IMG/VR virus record: IMGVR_UViG_3300030098_002332
Coordinates: 1-55,607 of that record
Source of the DNA: a virus
Lineage: Duplodnaviria; Caudoviricetes
Direction: 5' to 3' (one strand)
Length of the DNA: 55,607 nucleotides
A program made the translations under genes and the position numbers. A model generated the notes under the pieces. The model ran no database searches. It had not been told where the DNA came from and saw only the letters and a program-made list of their open reading frames with translations. Shown piece by piece: positions 47,209 through 55,607 of this stretch. Every line of letters starts with the position of its first letter. Position 1 is the stretch's first letter.

Positions 47209-47775
47209 ATGTCTGATAAAAAAAGAAAAAGAAAAGTTACTAAGGGGTATGTTAAAGATGCTAGATCTAAAAAAGTAGTTAAAACAAATAGAAGAGGGAC
47301 AACTACTACTAAAGAAAAAGTTGATCAGTACAACAAACAGTATCTAGGTCGTGACCCTGAAAACATTAAATATAATGATAAAAACATTTGGTCAAGAAGA
47401 TTTAAATCTAAAGTAAACAAAGAGGGAGAAGAAACTAAACGTAAAGAAAAAATTGTTTTTGATGATGGAAATCAAATGACAAAGCGTACACAACGTAAAG
47501 TTAGATTTGGTAAAAATAAAGGTAAAATAAAAATAAAAACTGTGAACTATAATAGAGGTAAGAAAACTAAAGATGTAAAGTATGCAGATAAAACAGATCA
47601 AATGATGCTTAAGAAAGGAGGAAAGAGAAAAGGATCTGATGGTAAAGCGTGTTGGAAAGGTTATTACTATGCAGGTTACGATGCTAAGAATAAAAAAGAC
47701 ATCTGTAAGCCTATAAAGAAAAAAGAAATGGGCGGATTCTTAGAAGGACCTACACCACTATTATTTGAAGATTAA
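47209..47775 (+). CDS. Lys-rich basic protein
   Basis: LKKGG, CWKGY..C module, C-terminal MGGFLEGP. Confidence 0.6.
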   Translation: MSDKKRKRKVTKGYVKDARSKKVVKTNRRGTTTTKEKVDQYNKQYLGRDPENIKYNDKNIWSRRFKSKVNKEGEETKRKEKIVFDDGNQMTKRTQRKVRFGKNKGKIKIKTVNYNRGKKTKDVKYADKTDQMMLKKGGKRKGSDGKACWKGYYYAGYDAKNKKDICKPIKKKEMGGFLEGPTPLLFED

Positions 47776-47779
47776 AGCT

Positions 47780-48253
47780 ATGAGTAAATATCACATAACA
47801 AGAGACGGTAAAAAAGCTAGAAAAGGTTTATGGTACTACATGAACAAAAGAAAGAAAAGTGGTACATCTAGACCTGGAAAAGGAACTGTATCTGATGAAG
47901 CTATAGAAAAGTCTAGTAAAAAAGATGGAGGAGCTTGGACTAGAAAAGAGGGTCAGAATCCTACAGGAGGTTTAAATGCAAAAGGACGTGCATCATTAAA
48001 AGCTAAAGGTCAAAACATAAAAGCGCCTGTAACTGAAGATAACCCTAAAGGTAAAAGAAAAGCTAGAAAAAAATCTTTTTGTGCTAGAATGAGGGGTATG
48101 CGTAAGAGACAAAAGAAGAGCAATAATACAGGTAAGGATAGATTAAGCTTATCATTAAAAAAATGGAAGTGTAGAGATGGAGGGCCTTGTGGTCCTAATG
48201 CATATAAAACAGGAGGATTTTTAGAGCCTGCAATACCAAACATATTTGAATAA
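47780..48253 (+). CDS. Basic protein with DUF6321-like domain
   Basis: AWTRKEGQNPTGGLNAKGRAS...KSFCARM...SLKKWKC flanked by DGG motifs; C-terminal GGFLEPA. ATG at 47780 preferred over the track's 47765. Confidence 0.6.
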   Translation: MSKYHITRDGKKARKGLWYYMNKRKKSGTSRPGKGTVSDEAIEKSSKKDGGAWTRKEGQNPTGGLNAKGRASLKAKGQNIKAPVTEDNPKGKRKARKKSFCARMRGMRKRQKKSNNTGKDRLSLSLKKWKCRDGGPCGPNAYKTGGFLEPAIPNIFE

Positions 48254-49137
48254 TGAGTATATATAAAACAATATCAAGCAAAACAGTAATTAGAAAAATA
48301 TTTAGAGATCTTAAACCTGATAGAGATAACTGGATAGATGATGCTATAGAGTGGATAGGAGAAGCTTTAGAGCACATTGGAGCAGCTGCACAGTTGTGTC
48401 AAAAACAATGTGTGTTAGAGGTTAAAGACCACAAAGCTCTAATGCCTACAGATTTATATTACATAAATCAAGTAGCAATAAATAATTCTGTATCACCAAA
48501 AACAAAACAAGAGTTAGATACTTTATTAACTAAGGTAAAAGAATTACAACAAAATATAATTGATGCGCAAGCTGATGGTTTAGAATATTCTAGTACTACA
48601 GTAGCATTAAATGAAATAAATAATAGAATTGTTGTTTTAGAAAATATTTATTTTAAAGATAGTAATCAACTACAACCTTTACAATATGGTGCTGCTACTT
48701 TCCACAGAAGCATGCATTGTGATGATTGTGTTAATGAGAATACGCACTATGAAGAAACCTATATTGTAGATTGTGACTATATAAAAACTTCTTTTGAGAC
48801 TGGTAAAATTTGTATAAGCTATATGGCTTTTCCTACAGACGAAGAATGTTTTCCATTAGTACCACAAGACATTAGTTATCAAGAAGCTTTGTTTTGGTAC
48901 ATATATAAGCAAATATTATTAAGCACACCAAGGTTTAAAAACAATGGTATAGATTATAATTTTGCAGATTCTAAATGGAAATACTACTGCACACAAGCTA
49001 GAAATGCAGCTAATTATCCAGACATAGATAAATACGAGTCTTACATGAATCAATGGGTAAGAATGATACCAAACATTAACAGACATGATTTAGGTTTTGA
49101 ACAATTAAATACAAGAGAAGATTTATATAGAGGCTAA
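48253..49137 (+). CDS. Tail ring/tubular protein
   Basis: AIEWIGEALEHIG, IKTSFETG.ICISY, PTDEECFPLVP, WKYYCTQA. Confidence 0.7.
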   Translation: MSIYKTISSKTVIRKIFRDLKPDRDNWIDDAIEWIGEALEHIGAAAQLCQKQCVLEVKDHKALMPTDLYYINQVAINNSVSPKTKQELDTLLTKVKELQQNIIDAQADGLEYSSTTVALNEINNRIVVLENIYFKDSNQLQPLQYGAATFHRSMHCDDCVNENTHYEETYIVDCDYIKTSFETGKICISYMAFPTDEECFPLVPQDISYQEALFWYIYKQILLSTPRFKNNGIDYNFADSKWKYYCTQARNAANYPDIDKYESYMNQWVRMIPNINRHDLGFEQLNTREDLYRG

Positions 49138-52100
49138 TGGCAGAAAAAAGATTTATAAAAGGTTTATTTAAAGATACTGGACACATTGATCAACCAGAAG
49201 GTACGTGGAGACACGCACATAATATGGTTTTAAACTTAAAAGATGGGTCAGTTAGTAATGAAGGTGGTACTGTATTAGATGGGTTCTTAGGAACAAACCC
49301 TAGTAGAGGAGCTCAAAGTGATAAGGTTATTGGGGTTATAGAGGTTGATGATGATAGAGCTATTCTATTTGTTGTTAACGTTGTACAGAGTATAGCTACT
49401 ACGGGTAATCCCCCTAGATCTGAAATAGGGCTATGGGAAAAAGGTGTTTACTATCCTATATTTAATCCTTCTTTAGGTCCAGCAGGTAATCCTACACAAT
49501 GGATAACTAATGACTTAGGGTTTAGAGAAAGTAACCCTATTAACGGTACTTTTAAAATTGACTCTAAAGGAGATCTTTTAGTATATTGGACAGACGATTT
49601 AAATCCTCCTAGAGCTTTTAATGTAGATAGACAGCTTAGAGAAAGTGGTAACGGAACTTTAGCAGGTGTAAATGTTAATATGCTGTATGGTTTAGGTCCA
49701 GCACAAATACAACATATAGATATGTTAAATCTATTTCCTTATTCAGGATCTATTCCACATATAAATATAGATGACCAAGGCACACATCAAAACTGTGTTA
49801 TTGAAGGAGGAGGATTGTTAACTGGTGTATACTATTTAGCACTAGCATATGTTGATGATGATCTTGTAGCTACAAACTTTTTAACAGTTTCTAATCCTGT
49901 TCCTATTGTTGACGAATACGACTATACATTACCTACAAATAAAAAAGATGGGGCTAAGGAAGGTAGTCAAACTACTAAGGCTATTAAGTGGGAAATATCA
50001 AATTTAAATAAAAACTATAAATATTTAAGACCTGTAATAATAAGAAGCAAAGGAGATGCGCAAGAGGCGTTTAGGTTAAATGATATGGTATTTACAACGT
50101 CAACTACAAGTATTGTATATAGTGGATTAGAAACACAATCTACTGGATCTCCATCAGAAGTTATAATAGATACTGTATCTTACGACACAGCAAAGACTAT
50201 ACAACAATTAGATAATATTTTATATATAGGTAACACTACAGGAACTAAAGATGTTGGGTATCAAAAGTATGCAAATAATATAAAGCTAAGAGCAAGGGTA
50301 GATAGAATACCAGACTTTGATATGTTTATAGCGTCAGTAGATAACCTAGAATCTGGATGGGGTTTTTACCCTGTAAATTCTTATGGTGGTAGTATTGGTA
50401 ATCCAGGCCCTGTTATAGACACACCGCATACACAATCTTACAGATATGTTCCTAATCTATTTAGTCGTAGAGGGTACATGAGAGATGAGATATATGCATT
50501 TTATATTGCATTTGTTATGAATGATGGTAGTATGTCTTACGCATATCATATACCAGGTAGAGAAGCTTTAGGGTTTGAGAAAGAACCTGTAGACACTTTA
50601 AGTGCTAATCAGTTTGGAGGTTTATGGGACGATATTCATAAAGTTAGTCCAGAGTTTTCTAAAAGGTTTCACTGGATAGATTCTACTGTAGACTCTATAA
50701 GTGGTCCAACATCTCCAAATCCATATAACGCTCTACTATATATGGGAATGAACTATTGGGAAAACGCTACAGAGTTTTATCCTGATACAGAAAACTATCA
50801 AGTTTGGGATGCACACGCTGCTGGGAACAACGGACAAATATCAACTTTGGTTAATGAAAATGTTAGACATCATCACTTTCCGTCTAACAGAAACAAAAGG
50901 ATGAAGACTATATTAGATGATAAAAAATGTAGAACTGCTAAAACAGCTGGTACACAAAGTAACTTTGTATTGCATGATACTGTTTTAACTGTGTATGATA
51001 CAACTGGTAATTATTTAGGTAATCTTAGTTCTTCATCTTGGAAAAAACAAAGATTTACAAATTTAAATGGTTCAGGATCAGTTCCTAATTCTAATAATAC
51101 TGCAGACGCTTTAGCGTGTTGGAGTACTGATACATTTACTGCAGACTCTCCTATGAGGATAAGAGTTAAATTTGTTCAATGGTGGGAGCAAAATACAGGG
51201 TGGACAACAAAATCTTTTAGAACTAGAGTTAGAACTTCAGCATTAGATTGTAATGGAAACAATGTAGGTAATTGGACTATTACCGATGACACAAACAGTG
51301 CATCGCCTTTTAGTAGTGGAGGTTCTTGTGGGGGAGCTCAAACAGATGCTACTTGGGACTTTCCGGGTACTAATTTTAATTTATTTGGAGGTGGAGGTAA
51401 TGCTCCTGGAGCTTGTGGTGGTGGATGGGTAGAGCTACAGCCTGGAGATCAAGTGTGGTTAGAAACTAAAAAAAATTCATCAGGAGGTGTAGCATATGAT
51501 GCAGCTACACCTAGTCAAATAAATTGTTATGCTAGTCAAACTCAGTGTGTTCAATTTGGTGATACTATACCATGTTTTTCTGTTTTTGAAATAGAAATGA
51601 AAAGTTTAGCTTTGGGTGTTGATACAGATGATTTACACGACGCTCAAATAAATCATGATGTGCAAAGATTAGGATTTGATTTAGAAGATATTAAAATACC
51701 ACAATCAATTGCAGATAAAGTTCAAGGATTTAGAGTATACTATGCTAAAAGAAAACATTCTGATCGTACTATTTTAGGGCAGCAAATAATAATACCAGCT
51801 ATGTATAGAAGAGCTTTACTTGGTGTGTGCGAAGAAGCAACATCAAGTGGTTCGTTAAATCAGGCATTACATGCAATGCAAACATTGCAAACTACACCAG
51901 AACCTTTTTATGATATGCATCCATATGCAGACACATGGACAAGGTATCCTATAATGCCTTACTATAGTGAAAATGGAACAAATGATCCTGTAGGACCTAT
52001 TGTAGAAGATGAAAGAGGTATGAATGTATTTTCTTTTCATGATTTTTATTTACAAAGAACTAAGAATAGTTTAGCTGCAGCAACACATATAGATATACAA

Positions 52101-54713
52101 TACTATGTTCATAATTTAGCTTGGAATGGATCAGCTACGCAACAAGATAAAAGAATGAATACACGGTTGATGAATGATCCTAATAGTACTAGTGATACTG
52201 TTAAAGTAAAAGAAATATGGGGTTGGGATGCAGATCAGAACTGTTATCCACAAGATGTAGCTACAGCTGTTTTTATGGGGTGTGAATATGTAACACCGTC
52301 AGCAAGAACACAACCTAGATTGTTAGGACAAAAAGCTAAAACATATATATTAGGTGATACTATATTTAAAGGAGATGCTTTAGGGTTTGGTGGTAAACTA
52401 TTTAATGAGTTTGGAGAAAGTGCTATTACTTTTAGACTTATGGATAACCATGCAATAAGCGCATATAAAGTTAGAAGTATGCCTTATAGTAACACTATTG
52501 GGTACTTCTTTGATACGTATGGAGCTGGTGCACCTGAATTAGAAAATGGTCATTATGGTAGACCTCATGATGGTTGGCACATATTAACAACTACTTTAGA
52601 TGCTGCAGGTAATTTTAATGGGACAGGAACACACAGTCATAAATATAGAAGTATGTCTGCAATGGTTAATTTAAAAGCTTATAAAACAGATGTATATAAA
52701 TCTATTGATAATCAAGAATTAGTGTGGACTGGGTTTGAGGTTTTAGGCGCTGAGCTACAAGAGTATGTATTTGATAAAGATGGGACTATGCAAGGAAGTG
52801 GTAATACAATAGATACTCATCCTGAAGGCATTTATGGCGGAGACGCACATATATGTAGACATGGTATTACTCCTACATTAAAGCCTAGTAATGATGTATC
52901 ATCATCTGTTCCTATGAGAGCAATACATTATCATATAGTAGAAAGTACTGATAATATTAACTTTAGATATAGTGATTCTGATGATAGTTTATATTTTCCA
53001 AATAGTGTATCTAAATTAATACTTAGAGAGTCTGGTACTAAAGATTTTCATCATTTTGATAATATAAAGTACAATGATAATTACTCTGAATTAAATAGTA
53101 TAAGACCTGCATTCCCACTACCAGTTAGAGATGTAATACAAGATGATTTTGCTACTAGAGTACACAGAAGTGCTAAGCATGACACTACAAGTTTAATAGA
53201 TAATTATAGAATATTCTTAGCTAATCAATTTAAAGACTTACCTAAAAATAGAGGAGACTTATGGAAGTTATCATCGTTTAATAATTTATTATACTTCCAC
53301 ATGGAAGAAAGTTTATTTGCTGCACAAGGTAAGCAACAAATGCAAATGAAAGATGGTAGTGAAGCTTTTATAGGAAGTGGAGATATATTTGCACAAGAAC
53401 CAAATGAGTTAATACAAACAGATGGAGGTTTTGGTGGAACACAATCTCATTACGCTGCTATAACTACAAGGTATGGATATTTCTTTGTAGATGCTGCTTC
53501 TAATAAAGTCTTTATGATGAAGGACAGTATATTAGAAATAAGCGCTATAGGTATGGATGAGTGGTTTAAAGATAATTTAAATTTTGAGTTAGACAACTAT
53601 GGCTTAAATGCTGCTTGTGTTTTAGATAATCCTATAATAGGGTTTGGTTATCATGCTATATACGATCCTAAATTTAAACGTATCATACTAACTAAAAGAG
53701 AGTTTACACCAACACAAAAATTTATAGATGGTTGGGAAGCATCAGGAACAGGTGTGCAACCTTGTCCTGCATATCCAGAAGGTAAAATTAGATTTAATTC
53801 ACAAATATGTAGGTATGAAGTTTGGGGTCCACTAAAAGGCGGAGGATGTGGCTGGAGAACTATTGAGTTTACATGCAGTAGTAGCTTTTTTAATTGTGGA
53901 GGATTTACTATATCATATTATCCTGAGTTAGGTATATGGGGTAGTTTCCATGACTATATTCCTTATATATATTTTAATACATCTACAGAGTTTTATTCTT
54001 TAACAGACAAATATCCAAGACCTGTGTGGGCTGCTGGTACTAATGTTACGAGCCACTTAGGAACAACTTTTGGTAATGCTGGTATATGGAAACACAACTC
54101 AACAGAAGCTCATGGTATATACTACCAAGAATGGAAAGATGTTACAGGTAATATAACTCAAGAAGAGTGGTTAACAACTGTTGATTACTATGATTTTGCA
54201 ATTGAGTTTATACACAATGAATATAAAACAGAAGACACCTTATTGAGTTCTTTTGGTTATACCTTAGAAACAATTAACCAAGAAAATATAAGTGTGTTAG
54301 AAAATGGATTTACATCATTTTTTGTATACAATACATTCCAGATCTCTGGAGAAAATAATTTAGAGTATTTAATAAATACTAGACGTATAGGTAATAACTG
54401 GAAAGTAAATAGATTTAGAGACATGGCTGCTGCCGCTCTTAATACAAATAATTACTATATGTCTACTAACATTAATGTTACAGGAGGAACTAACGTTGGA
54501 ACTGTAACGACTTCTAATGTACAAAATATGTTTATATATAATGGTATGAGTAAAACTGTTAATGCTGCATACCTAGATTTAACTAAAAATTGGAACTTAC
54601 AAAGAAAATTTATAGATAAATGGGTAGGAATACGATTAATCTATAACAATATTTCAAATAATTCCTTAAATTTGTACGGCACTTCTACGGCTGTACGTAA
54701 AATGCATAGATAA
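49137..54713 (+). CDS. Tail stabilisation (muzzle-like) protein
   Basis: 1858 aa; SNEGG, VYWTDDLNPPR, GYMRDEIYAF, VRHHHFP, GDIFAQEP, TISY..W.SFHDYIP. Confidence 0.75.
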   Translation: MAEKRFIKGLFKDTGHIDQPEGTWRHAHNMVLNLKDGSVSNEGGTVLDGFLGTNPSRGAQSDKVIGVIEVDDDRAILFVVNVVQSIATTGNPPRSEIGLWEKGVYYPIFNPSLGPAGNPTQWITNDLGFRESNPINGTFKIDSKGDLLVYWTDDLNPPRAFNVDRQLRESGNGTLAGVNVNMLYGLGPAQIQHIDMLNLFPYSGSIPHINIDDQGTHQNCVIEGGGLLTGVYYLALAYVDDDLVATNFLTVSNPVPIVDEYDYTLPTNKKDGAKEGSQTTKAIKWEISNLNKNYKYLRPVIIRSKGDAQEAFRLNDMVFTTSTTSIVYSGLETQSTGSPSEVIIDTVSYDTAKTIQQLDNILYIGNTTGTKDVGYQKYANNIKLRARVDRIPDFDMFIASVDNLESGWGFYPVNSYGGSIGNPGPVIDTPHTQSYRYVPNLFSRRGYMRDEIYAFYIAFVMNDGSMSYAYHIPGREALGFEKEPVDTLSANQFGGLWDDIHKVSPEFSKRFHWIDSTVDSISGPTSPNPYNALLYMGMNYWENATEFYPDTENYQVWDAHAAGNNGQISTLVNENVRHHHFPSNRNKRMKTILDDKKCRTAKTAGTQSNFVLHDTVLTVYDTTGNYLGNLSSSSWKKQRFTNLNGSGSVPNSNNTADALACWSTDTFTADSPMRIRVKFVQWWEQNTGWTTKSFRTRVRTSALDCNGNNVGNWTITDDTNSASPFSSGGSCGGAQTDATWDFPGTNFNLFGGGGNAPGACGGGWVELQPGDQVWLETKKNSSGGVAYDAATPSQINCYASQTQCVQFGDTIPCFSVFEIEMKSLALGVDTDDLHDAQINHDVQRLGFDLEDIKIPQSIADKVQGFRVYYAKRKHSDRTILGQQIIIPAMYRRALLGVCEEATSSGSLNQALHAMQTLQTTPEPFYDMHPYADTWTRYPIMPYYSENGTNDPVGPIVEDERGMNVFSFHDFYLQRTKNSLAAATHIDIQYYVHNLAWNGSATQQDKRMNTRLMNDPNSTSDTVKVKEIWGWDADQNCYPQDVATAVFMGCEYVTPSARTQPRLLGQKAKTYILGDTIFKGDALGFGGKLFNEFGESAITFRLMDNHAISAYKVRSMPYSNTIGYFFDTYGAGAPELENGHYGRPHDGWHILTTTLDAAGNFNGTGTHSHKYRSMSAMVNLKAYKTDVYKSIDNQELVWTGFEVLGAELQEYVFDKDGTMQGSGNTIDTHPEGIYGGDAHICRHGITPTLKPSNDVSSSVPMRAIHYHIVESTDNINFRYSDSDDSLYFPNSVSKLILRESGTKDFHHFDNIKYNDNYSELNSIRPAFPLPVRDVIQDDFATRVHRSAKHDTTSLIDNYRIFLANQFKDLPKNRGDLWKLSSFNNLLYFHMEESLFAAQGKQQMQMKDGSEAFIGSGDIFAQEPNELIQTDGGFGGTQSHYAAITTRYGYFFVDAASNKVFMMKDSILEISAIGMDEWFKDNLNFELDNYGLNAACVLDNPIIGFGYHAIYDPKFKRIILTKREFTPTQKFIDGWEASGTGVQPCPAYPEGKIRFNSQICRYEVWGPLKGGGCGWRTIEFTCSSSFFNCGGFTISYYPELGIWGSFHDYIPYIYFNTSTEFYSLTDKYPRPVWAAGTNVTSHLGTTFGNAGIWKHNSTEAHGIYYQEWKDVTGNITQEEWLTTVDYYDFAIEFIHNEYKTEDTLLSSFGYTLETINQENISVLENGFTSFFVYNTFQISGENNLEYLINTRRIGNNWKVNRFRDMAAAALNTNNYYMSTNINVTGGTNVGTVTTSNVQNMFIYNGMSKTVNAAYLDLTKNWNLQRKFIDKWVGIRLIYNNISNNSLNLYGTSTAVRKMHR

Positions 54714-54714
54714 T

Positions 54715-55607
54715 ATGAAGAAAAAGAATAAGAAAAGAAGTTACAAATCCAAATATAAAATTAAAAAATATGCCGCTGCAGGAATGTACAATGATAATAC
54801 TGTGGCAGGTGCAGGACAGTCTGCAATGAATTCTACAGCTAATATTGTTTTCCAAGAAAGCGATCCTAATATTTTAAAATCTAAACTTGATCAATTAGAG
54901 CAAGCTAAAAAAGATGCTATGGCAACTAGTGAACAAACTGCATCTGACTTAGCAGCTCAAGATCAGGCAGACCAGCAAAGTATTGCTGCAGCTGCAGCAG
55001 AAGAGGAACAAAAGTTTCAAAAGGGAGAAGCTTTACTTCAGCAAGGAAAACAAGCCTATGAAAAATTCTCAGAAATAGGATCAAATATAGCAAGTAATAA
55101 AGCACAAAAACTGGCAGCTGAAAAAGCAGCACAGTCTATAGCAGGAGAACAGTTTGGTAATTTAGCTAGACAACAAAGTGCAGAAGAGGTTAGTAAAATA
55201 CTAGCTGATCAAACAGTTCAAAAAGGAGCAGAACTAAGTTTAAGTGGAAGCACAGGCGGATCGTCAAGTATATTAAGTTCTTTTGGTGGTACAACACCAG
55301 GGATAACCCCTCCAGGTGTAACAGCCCCAGTACAAACATTAGGTAGTGAAGCTGTTAAGACAGGTGCTACACAGGCTGGAGCAGAGGTTGGTAAAGAAGT
55401 TGTTAAACAAGGTGCTGGTAAATTTGCAGGCGTAGGTGGAGCAGGGGCAGCAGGTACTAGTGGATTTGCTAAGTTTGCTACATCAGGAGCTGGTATTGGG
55501 ACTATTGCATCTATTGCTGGTACAGGTATTAAAATGTTGTCAGATGATAATGATCCTACTAAGTCTAACTTTGGGGAGTATTCAGGAGCAATATTGTCAT
55601 CGGCAGG
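54715..55607 (+). CDS. Cargo/ejection-like protein, truncated by window edge
   Basis: Read manually: MKKKNKKRSYKSKYKIKKYAAAGMY, Ala/Gln coiled-coil, Gly-zipper (GAGIGTIASIAGTG); open to window end. Confidence 0.7.
   Translation, partial: MKKKNKKRSYKSKYKIKKYAAAGMYNDNTVAGAGQSAMNSTANIVFQESDPNILKSKLDQLEQAKKDAMATSEQTASDLAAQDQADQQSIAAAAAEEEQKFQKGEALLQQGKQAYEKFSEIGSNIASNKAQKLAAEKAAQSIAGEQFGNLARQQSAEEVSKILADQTVQKGAELSLSGSTGGSSSILSSFGGTTPGITPPGVTAPVQTLGSEAVKTGATQAGAEVGKEVVKQGAGKFAGVGGAGAAGTSGFAKFATSGAGIGTIASIAGTGIKMLSDDNDPTKSNFGEYSGAILSSA

Noticed and set aside
34838-54674. Internal TAnnTTTG boxes at 34838-34845 and 54667-54674 near gene ends
   Set aside because: Plausible internal promoters, but such 8-mers arise often by chance in AT-rich coding DNA and these lack the upstream box; not called.
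399-55132. Many short antisense or alternative-frame ORFs in the track (e.g. 399-665, 4708-5058, 6240-6713, 20700-21095, 34987-35361, 41399-41710, 54926-55132)
   Set aside because: Shadow ORFs of well-supported genes, with no motifs or start context.
1-55607. Stop-codon reassignment, as in some crAss-like phages
   Set aside because: Core genes are full length under code 11, and TAG and TGA both occur as genuine stops (e.g. SET gene TAG, primase TGA).

Overview
AT-rich 55.6-kb fragment of a crAss-like (Crassvirales-type) podophage, probably infecting a marine Flavobacteriia/Bacteroidota host. Host evidence: TAnnTTTG promoters, SD-less A-rich starts, SprB-type repeats and a T9SS-type sorting signal. 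Standard genetic code. The left arm (1-13125, minus strand) holds early/replication genes: primase, SSB-like, AAA ATPase, DnaB, SF2 helicase, UDG, family A DNA polymerase. The right arm (13618-end, plus strand) holds GroES, HU, ParB-like, terminase, SET domain, portal, scaffold, MCP, neck/tail, fibre, lysis and cargo genes. The most striking feature is a ~1-kb ORF-free stretch (11563-12510) built from abutting stem-closed RNA modules, ending (in transcript direction) in a clear twister ribozyme. Two further promoter-driven ncRNA candidates lie at ~13298-13540 and ~10050-10200. Also notable: a host-envelope cassette (beta-barrel, thioredoxin-like, T9SS cargo), a SET methyltransferase alongside Lys-rich xKKGG cargo proteins, and a shared GG-delimited polyprotein grammar. 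All calls come from reading motifs by eye; no database search or folding program was run.
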